NCBI GenBank assembly: GCA_965649205.1
Contig: CBFGJV010000007.1
Coordinates: forward strand, 17,466-81,465
Reading direction: 5' to 3'
Source: a candidate division WOR-3 bacterium
GTDB lineage: Bacteria > Hydrothermota > Tepidihabitantia > Tepidihabitantales > Tepidihabitantaceae
Length of the DNA stretch: 64,000 nucleotides
Shown in pieces: positions 9,492 to 19,961 of this stretch. Each line of letters opens with the position of its first letter. The stretch's first letter is position 1. Position numbers and translations under genes: made by a program. The notes under the pieces were generated by a model. That model searched no databases. It was given only the letters and a program-made list of their open reading frames with translations, and was not told the DNA's origin.

Positions 9492-11878
9492 ATGTGCACG
9501 ATATCTTTCTTCCTGTTGGTAGTAGTTGGGGCAACGGCTGGGCCGGTTGGCTCGATTTCAGGCCAAGTGTTTGATCGGAGCACGCGGACTGGTCTGGCGG
9601 GAGCAAATGTTGTGGTAGTAGGCACTGAACTTGGCGCTTCTGCAGATGAAGCGGGTCGGTTTCTGATACAGAATGTGCCGATTGGAACCTACACCGTGGA
9701 AGCTTCTATGATGGGATATCAGACTCAGGCTCGTGCGAACGTAGTAGTGCAGCCTGGTCGTACAAGTGAACTTGCCTTTGGCCTTGCCCAAGAGGCAATT
9801 GCGTTGTCTGTGGTGACGGTCAAGGCTGACTATTTCCCCAAGGTTAAGGATGCACCGGTTTCCGAGCGAAACTTTGGCGCGGACGAAGTAAAGGTAGCTC
9901 CCGGCGGCTTGGGCGACATTCAACGAGTAGTGCAGGCAATGCCTTCGGTAGTTTCTTCCGGGGATCAAGATAACGAAGTGGTGGTACGAGGAGGAAATCC
10001 GGGGGAGAATCTGTTTCTTCTGGACGGTATAGAACTGCCTTATCCGAATCATTTTGGTTCCTTTACAGCGCAGGGAGGGGCGATAAGCATGCTCAATTCT
10101 CTGCTTATACGCGAGGTGGATTTTATCGCCGGTGCTTTTCCGGCTCGTTATGGGAATCGCGCTTCCTCGGTGATGGACATCAGTTTGCGTCGCGGTTCCA
10201 CGCGGGAGCTGGACGGAAATGTGGATATGGGCATGGCCGGTATGGGGATGGTAGCTGAATTTCCGCTGCCGGGTAAGGACAATTCTTTTCTGGGGTCATA
10301 TCATAAGAGTTTTCTAGAGTTGATGGCCAAGGCAGGGGTGTGGGGGATGAGCGCGGTTCCCTACTATGATGATGCCTTGGGGAAGGCGACGATACGACTG
10401 CACCGTGCACATGAGCTTTCGTTGCTTGGTTTCTGGGGAAAGGATTATATCTTCATCGAGCCGGGCCAGGGTATCACCAAGGAAACATATACGGTTACGC
10501 AGACTACTTCACGGTTGGTGGCAGGCGCGACTTGGCAAGCTTTGTACGGGGATAAGGGATTTGGCCGACTCCTTTTGTTTGGCAACGATAATGTCTGGGA
10601 CGGGTTTGCTTACGAGAGTACGGACGTTGCTGATACGCTGATGTTTAATCGCTCGCGGGAAGCAAGCATAGGGATAAAGTATGACATGTCGTATCGTTTT
10701 GGGTCCGGACATGAGATTCAGGCGGGCGTAGGTTGGAACCGTTCGCCGGCAGATTTTCTGTACCGTTTGAAGCCGTTGCCAGTCTACCGCTACGTGTACA
10801 ATCCTGATAGTACGGTTAGAGATTCGGTTCCTCTTCTTGACTCTTTGGGTAATCCTGTTGTCTGGAAATTCAATTGTGAGGGAGCTGGTGCATCCGGGAA
10901 CGTAAATGGCTATGTACAGCACCGAGTGCAGCTGGGCGACTTGGGCGGGCTTACGGTCGGCCTGCGACTGGACCGATTTGGGTACACCGGTTACACCGCA
11001 GTTGCTCCCCGACTGGGTTTTTCTACGCGCCCGCTGTCAGCCGGAATATCCTTGCACGCGGGCTGGGGTTGGCATTATCAGCCACCTGCGTGGTACATTC
11101 TGTTTGGGATTCAGCGGCAAATCGAAATCTGCCGGACAGGCGTTCTGACCATTACGTTGCGGGGTTGGAGCGAGTATTTGGCGAGGATGTAAAGTTATCA
11201 CTGGAGCTGTATCTGAAGAACAATCTGCGCCAGCCAATACCATACTCTTGGACAACGCCGGATACATACGACTATCCTGCACGCTATGTGCCCGTAGGTC
11301 GTGGCGGAGCTACAGGGCTGGAGCTGTTTCTGCAAAAGAAGCATGCGGCTAACTGGCACGGAAGCGTAGCTTATTCTTTGTCCCGGAACTGGCGTAATGA
11401 CCCACTAGATAACACGCGGCAGATACCAGGGGATTACGATCATCGGCATGTGCTGACCTTGAGCGGGACATACATAATGGAGTTTCATAAACAGAAATGG
11501 TATCAGAGATTGCCGGGCTGGTTTCGGGCAACAATAGGCGGCTTTTTCTTTTCAGATGAGGCTGGACTGGGTTTGCGTTTTCGTTATATGTCCGGCCGAC
11601 CTTTTACTCCGCCGGTCTGGAATCCGGAAATAAGACGCTGGGTAGCTGCGTCGGAATTGCCCAATACAGAACGTTACCCTGACTATCATCGTTTGGATGT
11701 GCGTTGGGACCACAAGTTTGTCTTTCCTCGGTGGAGTTTTTCTTGGTACTTTGAGGTACAGAACATATACAACCGCAGGAATGTCTGGGGCTACCGCTAT
11801 GTGGACGGCACGGGAGAACGACAGGAATTGAGCGGTCTTGCTTTCTGGCCGATTGCCGGTCTGGTTATTCAGTTCTAG
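9492..11878 (+). pseudogene. TonB-dependent outer-membrane receptor (signal peptide, carboxypeptidase-regulatory-like domain, plug, barrel) broken by a frameshift near 11085-11100
   Basis: ATG at 9492 with AGGAG 7 nt upstream and a signal peptide. CarbopepD_reg-like segment (GRFLIQNVPIGTYTVEASMMGYQT). Plug motifs (RGGNPGENLFLLDG; PARYGNRASSVMDI). The barrel continues in a second frame (11069-11878) and ends in a terminal Phe. This is either a true pseudogene or an assembly indel. Confidence 0.6.
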
Positions 11879-12401
11879 ACGTTACAGCATATCCGGATGC
11901 GGGAAGCGAATGAATTGATTGAAAAGGGACGTTTTACGCACGCGTAAGGAGCTAATTTCCATACCGCAACTATCGTCGGGTTCGTCACTTTCCATCAGCC
12001 CAAACCAGGAGAGGGACTCTATGACGTGGGAGCGGATGATCCAGAGTTCCATCTGTTCCAGCGGTAACGTGGAGCAAGGTTTTGCTATGTCTTGGCGTAC
12101 GTAAGGCAGCAGGATTTCAGCGGGGAGACGAGAGAATATTCAATCCAGTTGCCGGCGACCACGGACAGGCGCCAGAGGATTATGGTAAACAATTCCTGCA
12201 GGGAGGGAACTCGGAGCAGGTTCAAATAGTCCAAATCCAGATGCCGAAAGAAAGAGACGAAAAGAAGCCAATAAAGACTACCAGCATTTTCTTCTGCCAA
12301 CAGTTCCCGACCAAGTCTGGTTAGATACAACCGACCTTGGCGTTTCCTGACCAGACCGGCATGATATGATACGGCATGAATGTAGAGCAGGGGCGGGATG
12401 T

Positions 12402-12917
12402 TTACCTCCGGTATTCTGCAAAACCCATTTCTTGATTGACTTGTCTTCGCATGTCAGCCCACTGCAGGTGTTGACACTTAAGCAGCACGGAAGCGCGGTT
12501 CAGACTTCCTCGGGCAGTCAGCCCTAGTCCTTGCTTGTGGCCTACGAGCTGAAGAAATTTTCTGGCCTGGTCGAAGAAGAGCGTATTTTCTATCTCTTGT
12601 GACAACAGGTTGGCGGACAGTTTCATAGGCGATCGGGGGTCGTCCCGGTCCGTAGTCAGCAGGTTGAGCAGAATTTGCTCCAGCCATGCCCGAGGAGTGA
12701 GCTGGTCTACTAAGTCGGGCAACGAAGGAGGGGGCAGGTTGTTTTCGAATCTCACCATAAGAGAAAACAGGGAGTCAAAGCTATTCTGACGCCCTTCGGG
12801 AAACACAATGGTCAGTTTGACAACCGGTTCTGGCATGGTAACATATCTGTCCGCGTAAAAGAAAAGTAAACGGTCTGACCTTGAGCTACACTGGAGGGTC
12901 AGGTAGATGACTAGCAA
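12402..12917 (-). CDS. Hypothetical protein, possibly a disrupted longer gene together with the 81-aa ORF at 12085-12330
   Basis: 171-aa ORF with no motif I can recognise. A second same-strand ORF follows about 70 nt downstream in a different frame. Confidence 0.3.
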   Translation of the reverse strand: MLVIYLTLQCSSRSDRLLFFYADRYVTMPEPVVKLTIVFPEGRQNSFDSLFSLMVRFENNLPPPSLPDLVDQLTPRAWLEQILLNLLTTDRDDPRSPMKLSANLLSQEIENTLFFDQARKFLQLVGHKQGLGLTARGSLNRASVLLKCQHLQWADMRRQVNQEMGFAEYRR

Positions 12918-12944
12918 TCAGCAATTTTTCTAGCTGGAGGTATA

Positions 12945-13526
12945 ATGTCAGAAGTTCTGGAAATACGCTGGCACGGCCGCGGCGGGCAGGGCGCAAAGAC
13001 AGCGGCGCTTCTGTTTGGCGAGGCTGCGCTCGATACCGGCAAATTCATTCAGGCTTTTCCGGAGTACGGGCCGGAGCGAATGGGCGCGCCAGTACAGGCT
13101 TTTAACCGGCTCTCGGATAAACCAATTAGGACTCACTCCGGCATCAAGGAGCCGAAGATAGTCGTGGTACTGGATGCTTCGCTCATCGAAACAGCTCGGG
13201 TCACCGAGGGTCTGAAGGAGGGTGGTATTCTGCTAGTGAACACCACCGAAACGCCTGAGGAGTTGCGTAAGAGGTTAAAATTGCCCGAGAACATTAAGGT
13301 TTACGCAGTTGATGCGTCGAAGATAGCGATGGAGACAGTGGGAAAGAACGTGCCCAATACACCAATGCTTGGAGCGTTGGTCAAAGTTACAGGCGTTTTG
13401 GATTTCGAGTCAATGATGAGGGCTATCGAGCAGAAGCTCTCGGAGAAGTTTAGAGGCGGCAAGGAAAAATTCATCAAGCCCAACTTGGAGTCGGTGCGTC
13501 GGGCGTATGAAGAGGTAAAGGGATGA
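12945..13526 (+). CDS. porG: 2-oxoacid:ferredoxin oxidoreductase gamma subunit (pyruvate/2-ketoisovalerate type)
   Basis: MSEVLEIRWHGRGGQGAKTAALLF is a typical POR/VOR gamma N-terminus. ATG with GGAGG upstream. First gene of a gamma-delta-alpha-beta operon. Confidence 0.85.
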   Translation: MSEVLEIRWHGRGGQGAKTAALLFGEAALDTGKFIQAFPEYGPERMGAPVQAFNRLSDKPIRTHSGIKEPKIVVVLDASLIETARVTEGLKEGGILLVNTTETPEELRKRLKLPENIKVYAVDASKIAMETVGKNVPNTPMLGALVKVTGVLDFESMMRAIEQKLSEKFRGGKEKFIKPNLESVRRAYEEVKG

Positions 13527-13551
13527 GGGAAAGTAATAGAAGGACGGCGAT

Positions 13552-13842
13552 ATGGCGAAATTGAAAAGCTGGAAGGAACTGCCCTGCGGGGCGATTATTG
13601 ATGACCCGAAGGCGGTACTGGAGAACAAGACCGGTGCTTGGCGTTCGCAGCGGCCGGTGTGGAACAAGGACAAATGTCTCCATTGTTTGACTTGCTGGAT
13701 TTACTGTCCTGACGCAGCCATCATTGTCAAAGACGGTAAGAATTACGGTATAAACTACGATTATTGTAAGGGTTGCGGTATCTGTGCTTCGGTTTGTCCA
13801 AAGAAGGTGCAGGCGATAACGATGGAACAGGAGAGAAAATGA
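13552..13842 (+). CDS. porD: 2-oxoacid:ferredoxin oxidoreductase delta subunit (2x[4Fe-4S] ferredoxin)
   Basis: 96 aa with two Cys clusters (CLHCLTCWIYCP; CKGCGICASVCP). Confidence 0.85.
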   Translation: MAKLKSWKELPCGAIIDDPKAVLENKTGAWRSQRPVWNKDKCLHCLTCWIYCPDAAIIVKDGKNYGINYDYCKGCGICASVCPKKVQAITMEQERK

Positions 13843-14993
13843 TACTGGCGAAAACAGGTAACGAGGCTTTGGCGTACGCGATGAAGCAGATAAATCCGGA
13901 CGTGGTCGCTGCGTATCCGATAACGCCTTCTACGGAGATCGTGCAGATATTCGCTGGCTATGTGAACGACGGCCTAGTGGATTCAGAATTTGTGGCGGTG
14001 GAGTCGGAACACTCCGCCATGGCTACCTGCATCGGGGCCGCGGCCTGTGGTTGCCGAACTATGACCGCAACCGCATCTCAGGGTCTGGCTCTCATGCACG
14101 AGATGTTGTTCATTGCCGGCGGATTGCGTCTGCCCATTGTAATGCCGATTGCTTCCCGGGCGCTTTCTTCGCCTTTGAATATTCACGGGGACCATTCTGA
14201 TTCAATCGCCTCGCGCGACTCGGGCTGGATGCAGTTTTTCTGTGAGACGGTGCAGGAAGGATACGACACTCTAATCCAAGCGGTGAAGATTGCCGAAAAG
14301 GCTTCCTTGCCGGCGATTGTGGCGGTGGACGGGTTTATTCTTTCGCATTGTCTTGAGCGCATTGAGACATTTGATGACGACAAGGTGCGTGCCTGGCTGG
14401 GTCGTTGGAAGCCGAACTGGGACCTTTTGGACTACAGGCATCCGATTCTTGTCGGTCCGGCCACAATGCAGGATTACTACTTTGAGTTCAAGCGCAGTCA
14501 GATAGAAGGGATGAACAAGGCGTTGGCCATAATAGAGGAAGTGCAAGCCGACTTTGCGCACAATTTCGGCCGGCGGTACGGGGTCATTGAAGAGTACAGA
14601 ACCGAAGATGCGGAAGCAGTCGTGCTGCTGATGGGCTCGGCCTGCGGCACGATGCGGGAGTCAGTGGATGCATTGCGCCAACAGGGGAAGAAGGTGGGCA
14701 TGGTGAAGCTGCGCGTATTCCGGCCGTTGCCGCATACGATTCTGAAGCCGGCTTTGTCCCGATTTAAGACAGTAGCGATAATGGACCGGGTCGATGCGGT
14801 GAATTCGTATGCCGGCCCCCTCTATACCGAAGTTACGTCTTTGCTTTATGACCTGCCGCAGCGGCCCAAGGCACTTGCCTACGTGTATGGCCTCGGCGGT
14901 AAGGAGTTCACGCCTGAGGACGGAATTGGTATTCTCGAACAGGCGCTAGCGGGAAAGAAGGATGAACTGGTGACCTACGTGGGAGTGAGGTGA
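13839..14993 (+). CDS. porA: 2-oxoacid:ferredoxin oxidoreductase alpha subunit
   Basis: ATG at 13839 overlaps the porD stop (ATGA). MILAKTGNEALAYAMKQINPDVVAAYPITP is a typical alpha N-terminus. The ORF-track start at 13773 lies inside porD. Confidence 0.85.
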   Translation: MILAKTGNEALAYAMKQINPDVVAAYPITPSTEIVQIFAGYVNDGLVDSEFVAVESEHSAMATCIGAAACGCRTMTATASQGLALMHEMLFIAGGLRLPIVMPIASRALSSPLNIHGDHSDSIASRDSGWMQFFCETVQEGYDTLIQAVKIAEKASLPAIVAVDGFILSHCLERIETFDDDKVRAWLGRWKPNWDLLDYRHPILVGPATMQDYYFEFKRSQIEGMNKALAIIEEVQADFAHNFGRRYGVIEEYRTEDAEAVVLLMGSACGTMRESVDALRQQGKKVGMVKLRVFRPLPHTILKPALSRFKTVAIMDRVDAVNSYAGPLYTEVTSLLYDLPQRPKALAYVYGLGGKEFTPEDGIGILEQALAGKKDELVTYVGVR

Positions 14994-15064
14994 GTGATGA
15001 GGACTGATTTCAGACACCAGATACCAGATGTCAGATTGCAGAACAGGATGCAAAAGGAGCAGAC

Positions 15065-16003
15065 ATGGCGCGGCTAAAGGACCTGTGTAAGAATCCGGAG
15101 TTGTTTTCAAGCGGGCATCGGGCGTGCGCCGGCTGCGGTGAGGCGCTCGCAGTCAGGCAGGTACTGCTTGCCACTCCGCCCCATAAGGTGGTAGGCATTA
15201 TGCCTACGGGGTGTACCGAGATATTCTCGTCCATCTATCCGCATTCGGCTTGGCAGATTCCGATGATTCACACCGCTTTTGAGACTGCGGCTTCGACTGC
15301 GGCCGGAGTAGAGACTGCGTACCGGTTCAAGAAGAAGATGGGACTCATTCAGGACGACCTCAAGTTCATAGCTTTTGGCGGAGACGGCGGCACTTATGAC
15401 ATTGGATTCCAGGCCATCTCTGGCGCATTTGAGCGTCGGCACCGATTCCTTTACGTGTGCACGGATAACGAAGGCTATATGAACACTGGCATTCAGCGGT
15501 CATCGGCAACGCCCTACGGCGCCCACACTACCACATCGCCGGCCGGCGAAGTAGTACCCGGCAAGCAAATGCATCGCAAGGACATAATGGAAATCATTAT
15601 CGCCCACAATCCGGCTTATGCGGCTCAGACTACCATCGCGTTGTGGAACGACCTTGTGACTAAAGTGCAGAAAGCCCTGGCTGCGGACGGTCCGTCATTT
15701 CTGAACATACTGGTGCCGTGTCCTCTGGGCTGGGGTCATCCGGGTGACATGACGATTGAATTATCCCGGCTTGCTGCCGATACCTGCTTCTGGCCGATGT
15801 ACGAGTACGAGAACGGCAAGTACAAGATAACCTATGAACCGAAAGAGAAGAAACCGGTCGAAGAGTTCATGAAGCCGCAGGGGCGCTTTGCGCATCTGTT
15901 CAAGTCAGAGGCCGGCAAAGCTATAATTGCAGAAAACCAGCGCTACATTGATGCACAATGGTCACTCCTGCACAAAAAGCAGGAAGCTCTCTGCGTTCCG
16001 TAG
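15065..16003 (+). CDS. porB: 2-oxoacid:ferredoxin oxidoreductase beta subunit (TPP-binding)
   Basis: CxGCG motif (HRACAGCGEA) and a TPP-binding GDG region (FGGDGGTYDIG). Confidence 0.85.
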   Translation: MARLKDLCKNPELFSSGHRACAGCGEALAVRQVLLATPPHKVVGIMPTGCTEIFSSIYPHSAWQIPMIHTAFETAASTAAGVETAYRFKKKMGLIQDDLKFIAFGGDGGTYDIGFQAISGAFERRHRFLYVCTDNEGYMNTGIQRSSATPYGAHTTTSPAGEVVPGKQMHRKDIMEIIIAHNPAYAAQTTIALWNDLVTKVQKALAADGPSFLNILVPCPLGWGHPGDMTIELSRLAADTCFWPMYEYENGKYKITYEPKEKKPVEEFMKPQGRFAHLFKSEAGKAIIAENQRYIDAQWSLLHKKQEALCVP

Positions 16004-16051
16004 GCGACGCTATCCCTAACTGTCTCGCTTTACGCCAGTAAAGTCAGGCGT

Positions 16052-16696
16052 CTAGTCGAGTTTCTTGTGGCAGAACCACCAGTCGTAGCATTCGTACTGG
16101 TTTGGCCGTTCGGCTGCAGTTTTCTCATCCCGGGCTGGCGGGATAATGACACGGTCGCCTACCAGTTCGTTGTGGGGCCAGTTTGCCGGCATTGCCACCT
16201 TGTTGGCGTCGGATACCTGTAGCGCTTTCACTATCCGCAGCAATTCGTCCATATTCCGGCCCAGTTCCTGCGGATAATAGAGAATGGTGCGCACGACGCC
16301 AGCCGGGTCCACCAGGAACACCGCCCGTACTGTGCTCGTGCCCTTGCCTGGATGAATCAGTCCCAGGCGCATCGCCACCTTGCCCACATCGTCTGAGATT
16401 ATGGGGAACTTGATTTCGACGCCAAGCTTCTCCTTTGTCCACTGCACCCATTTGATATGAGAGAATACCTGGTCGATGCTCAGACCGATGAGTTCACAAC
16501 CGAGTTTCTGAAACTCGTCCCAGCGCTTCTGGAATGCTACGAACTCAGTCGTGCATACCGGCGTAAAGTCGGCGGGGTGGCTGAATAGAATAAACCACTT
16601 GCCCTTGTAATCTTGGGGCAGGTTCTTAGGTCCGTGCGTGGTGTGCACGGTGATGTCAGGGAACTTATTCCCGATGAGCGGCATTACGTTATCCAT
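16052..16696 (-). CDS. Peroxiredoxin (1-Cys Prx / Prx6-like)
   Basis: FTPVCTTE peroxidatic-Cys motif; 214 aa. ATG with AAGGAGG upstream on the minus strand. Confidence 0.85.
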   Translation of the reverse strand: MDNVMPLIGNKFPDITVHTTHGPKNLPQDYKGKWFILFSHPADFTPVCTTEFVAFQKRWDEFQKLGCELIGLSIDQVFSHIKWVQWTKEKLGVEIKFPIISDDVGKVAMRLGLIHPGKGTSTVRAVFLVDPAGVVRTILYYPQELGRNMDELLRIVKALQVSDANKVAMPANWPHNELVGDRVIIPPARDEKTAAERPNQYECYDWWFCHKKLD

Positions 16697-16879
16697 ATTT
16701 ATCCTCCTTGCCGCAATGGCGCGGCGGTTATGTTGACATTAGCCTTAGCTCACAGTCCTGCTTGTGTTTTTCTTGTTGAACATGACTACAAAGTTAGAAA
16801 TAACGAGAACGTCTCTGCTGACGGCGCAGTCTGGAACGAAGCAGAAAGCCAATGTTGGCTTGGACATAAGCAGTACCTT

Positions 16880-19118
16880 TCAGTCTAGCTTAAGCAGGCT
16901 GATAGTGGTCTGGCGACGGTGGGCTTGCAGTCGGCAAAAGTAGACGCCGGGCGGAGCAATTGCTCCTGTATTGGTTCTGCCGTCCCAGACGATACCGCCG
17001 GTTTTTGTCTCTTCCCCGCTGAGTATAAATCTGCGCATCAGAGAACCGGATGCGTCAAAGATGGAAAGTTCGGCACTCTGGCTGGAACCAGGAAGCAGGC
17101 GCAGGAAAACTGAACTGCGAAAAGGGTTCGTCTTTGCCTCCAGAAACAGATAGGGGTAGGGGGAGGCGTTGTGTTCTTCTATACCTGCGCCCGGGAAGAC
17201 CGTAACGAACTTGGACATGGCGTTATTGGCCAGATTTACGTCGTCTGCTATCTGCAGAGTACAGCAAGCAAGGTGCGTTCCTGACGTGCGGGTCTTCCAA
17301 TAGGGGAAGGTCAGTGTGGTCTCGCTTCCCGGTTCTATATTCTTCTGCCCGCTGCGAAAGTAATTGTCGCCAGGTATGCGGAAGATGCCGCGCACCTGTT
17401 CGGTTGTCGTACCGTAGTTTTTCAGCCGTATGCGGGGGAAGATGGTCGCGCCTGTGTCTACAGTATCCGGCGGCACCTCGATAGCTGTGATAGCGATATC
17501 TCTAACTCGTACCAGCACGGAGTCGTCGTTGTAGTCGTTTTCCGGGTACTGGTCCGTGGCTAGCGCGGTTGAACAGCGGGAGCGGAACAGGCCGCGGGTG
17601 GGTGCAGTCCAAGTGCGGAAGGAGACTCTTACCGTGTCACGGGGGGCGAGATTTGTCACCTGTTGGGTGTCGCAATAGGTGGAGCCGATGCGCACTATGA
17701 CCGGGAAGGAAACAGGTGAATGGCTGAAGTTGCCCACGAGTGCCTGGGGCACAGCGGTCTGACTGGAGTCGTATATTCCGACTGGTGTTGGTCCGTCCAG
17801 GAGGGCAACGTCAGGATTATAGGGACGCACACTGGCAAGAGCATATACCATCTGCCAAGTGTCAGGTATGGCCAGTGGCGTTTCCCGCGAGGGAATAATA
17901 TTGCCCCAGGGGAGAAATTGAGCAGAGTAGTAAGTCACTTCTCCAAATTTGCCGTCCGGCAGGTCGTCGTAGCAGGAGATAAAGACAGAATCGGTAGTGC
18001 CGTCGCGGATGTAGTCGGAACCGTCAGTTAGGTCGAAAACAATCCTGTGGGAAGGAAACGGATGGTCCACGCTGGCCTGGCGCCAGCCACGGAAGTCACG
18101 GAACCATAAAGGGGTCTCGCGCGGACCAACCATAAACGAGATACCCAGGCGGTCGCGAGCCGGATGATTGATGCGTACCCGGGCGTACATCTGGGGGACG
18201 AAACCGACTGTATCCTCCAACCACCCTACCTGCAGCATGGAAAGAAATGCGTCCATGACCGCCGTATACGACATCCAGAAGTAGCCGGCCTGTCCCCAGC
18301 CAGTTCCCCAGGAGTCTACACAGCGAAATGCTCCCTTTCCGTCGCGGGTAGTCAAGGTGTCGTCGTATCCTACTATGGTTATTAGGTGGCCGCCGCGATT
18401 GGAGCCAGTACGGTCAGCAGAACAATACGTGTAGTTATGCAGGTGGATTTTATCAAAGTTGTCCCACACCCATATGGCGAGGCAGGAAGTAGAAGCCGTT
18501 GTTCAGCAGCTGCTTGATAATGGCTATGCCGGAGGAATCTCGGGTGTAGGCCCAATGCCAATCCTTACAGCGAAAAGGAATCGCATTGTAAAACGCCTGT
18601 TCAGTGGGCCAAGTCACCGGGTCACGGTCGTTGTAAGGGCAGTCAGCCAGGCTGGCCGCACCCTGCTCACAAATGAGGCCGAAATTGTTGGAAAAACCGG
18701 AGCCCCGGTCGGCGCCGCCATTTACCTGATTGTAGGTAAACGCCGGGCTGAACTGGTGGCGAGGGTTGGTCAGATCCCAGCGTCGTTCAGCATACTCAAG
18801 CTGGGTGCGGTGATAGTAGGTGGTTGCCCAAGAAGCGCAGGAACCCTGGCCGCCCTGGTTTCCCACGGGCGGCATCTGGTCTGACAGGTCAACTCTGATT
18901 ACATTCTTGTAACATTGGGCTCCTGGCGCTGCCGCGACGAACTTTACCTCGCGAGCCGGTGCCGTTCTGCTTAGGTCTTCGTAGTTAAAACCAAGTGGAT
19001 GTAATTCTGCGTAGGCTAAATCCGCAAAAAGAAAAGCAAGACAGGCAAGGCAGAAGATAGGATATAGTTTCCGGGGCAATTTTTCTCCTTTGTTTTTGGC
19101 TAGGGATGTCCGATGCAT
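16880..19118 (-). pseudogene. Secreted papain-like (C1 family) cysteine peptidase with a T9SS-type C-terminal sorting domain, split by a frameshift near 18455-18480
   Basis: The N-terminal ORF (18453-19118) has a signal peptide and a Cys box (QGGQGSCASWATTYY). The downstream ORF (16880-18469) carries the His region (GGHLITIVGYDD) and ends with a Por_Secre_tail-like domain (LSIFDASGSLMRRF...GVYFCRLQA...SLLKLD). A single-nucleotide frame change near CCTGCCTCGCC joins them. Confidence 0.6.
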
Positions 19119-19235
19119 TCATTTCAATATAACATAGGCGAGGAATGGGTCAAGAATACTTACTGCCTGCGTTCTCTCAGTCCCAACTAACTCTAACTTC
19201 CAAAGGTTCTTACTTGGATACCGGCATGCGGCTTC

Positions 19236-19263
19236 TTGACACAGAAAGCGAAGTATATACACT
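19236..19263 (+). promoter_or_regulatory. Candidate sigma70-type promoter for adk
   Basis: TTGACA (19236-19241), 16-nt spacer, TACACT (19258-19263), about 20 nt upstream of the adk ATG. Confidence 0.35.
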
Positions 19264-19283
19264 TGCGCAGGTGTAAACTCTGT

Positions 19284-19952
19284 ATGAGTACGAAACCCCT
19301 CAATATTGTTTTGCTTGGGCCGCCCGGAGGCGGGAAGGGCACGCAGGCAGAGCTTATGCGCGAGCGGCTTGGGTTTGTGCACTACTCCACCGGGGATGTT
19401 TTCCGGGATCACATAAAGCGTCGGACTTCTGTCGGACAGCAGGTAGAAGAGTTTGTGACATCAGGCAGGCTGGTGCCGGACAGAATAGTTCTGGAAGTAG
19501 TAAGCGTTTTTCTGCAAGAAAACGCCGGTAAGTCTATTCTCTTCGACGGCTTTCCCCGCACAGTTCCTCAGGCCGAAGGCCTTGAGCAGGTTCTTGAACA
19601 GCATCAATTGAAAGTAGACCGGGCCGTGCTGATTGAATTGAGCGATGAAGAAGTGGTCAGACGTTTGTCCGGTCGTAGGCAGTGTCGCAGTTGTGGCAAG
19701 ATATATAACCTTACCTTCAGTCCCCCTAGAGCCGAGGGAATCTGTGACGCGTGCGGCGGCGAATTGTATCAGCGTGACGATGATAGAGAGGAGACCATCC
19801 GAGACCGACTGAGGGTGTATCATCAACAGACAGAGCCGCTGGTTGATTACTATCAGAGGAAACAAAGGCTAGAACGCATACCGGGTGATATAGGTAGAGA
19901 CAGGGTGTTTGAGCAAATCCAAAAGATAATCACCGCCGCGCGTCAGTTGTGA
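19284..19952 (+). CDS. adk: Adenylate kinase (with a Cys4 zinc lid)
   Basis: Internal ATG at 19284 gives MSTKPLNIVLLGPPGGGKGTQAE (P-loop). Lid carries CRSCGK...CDACGG. The ORF-track start at 19236 would include the promoter. Confidence 0.9.
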   Translation: MSTKPLNIVLLGPPGGGKGTQAELMRERLGFVHYSTGDVFRDHIKRRTSVGQQVEEFVTSGRLVPDRIVLEVVSVFLQENAGKSILFDGFPRTVPQAEGLEQVLEQHQLKVDRAVLIELSDEEVVRRLSGRRQCRSCGKIYNLTFSPPRAEGICDACGGELYQRDDDREETIRDRLRVYHQQTEPLVDYYQRKQRLERIPGDIGRDRVFEQIQKIITAARQL

Positions 19953-19961
19953 GGCAGAACC

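Noticed and set aside
9281-9625. 114-aa minus-strand ORF overlapping the TBDR start
   Set aside because: Pro/Thr-rich low-complexity translation. Overlaps the well-supported signal peptide and RBS of the TBDR.
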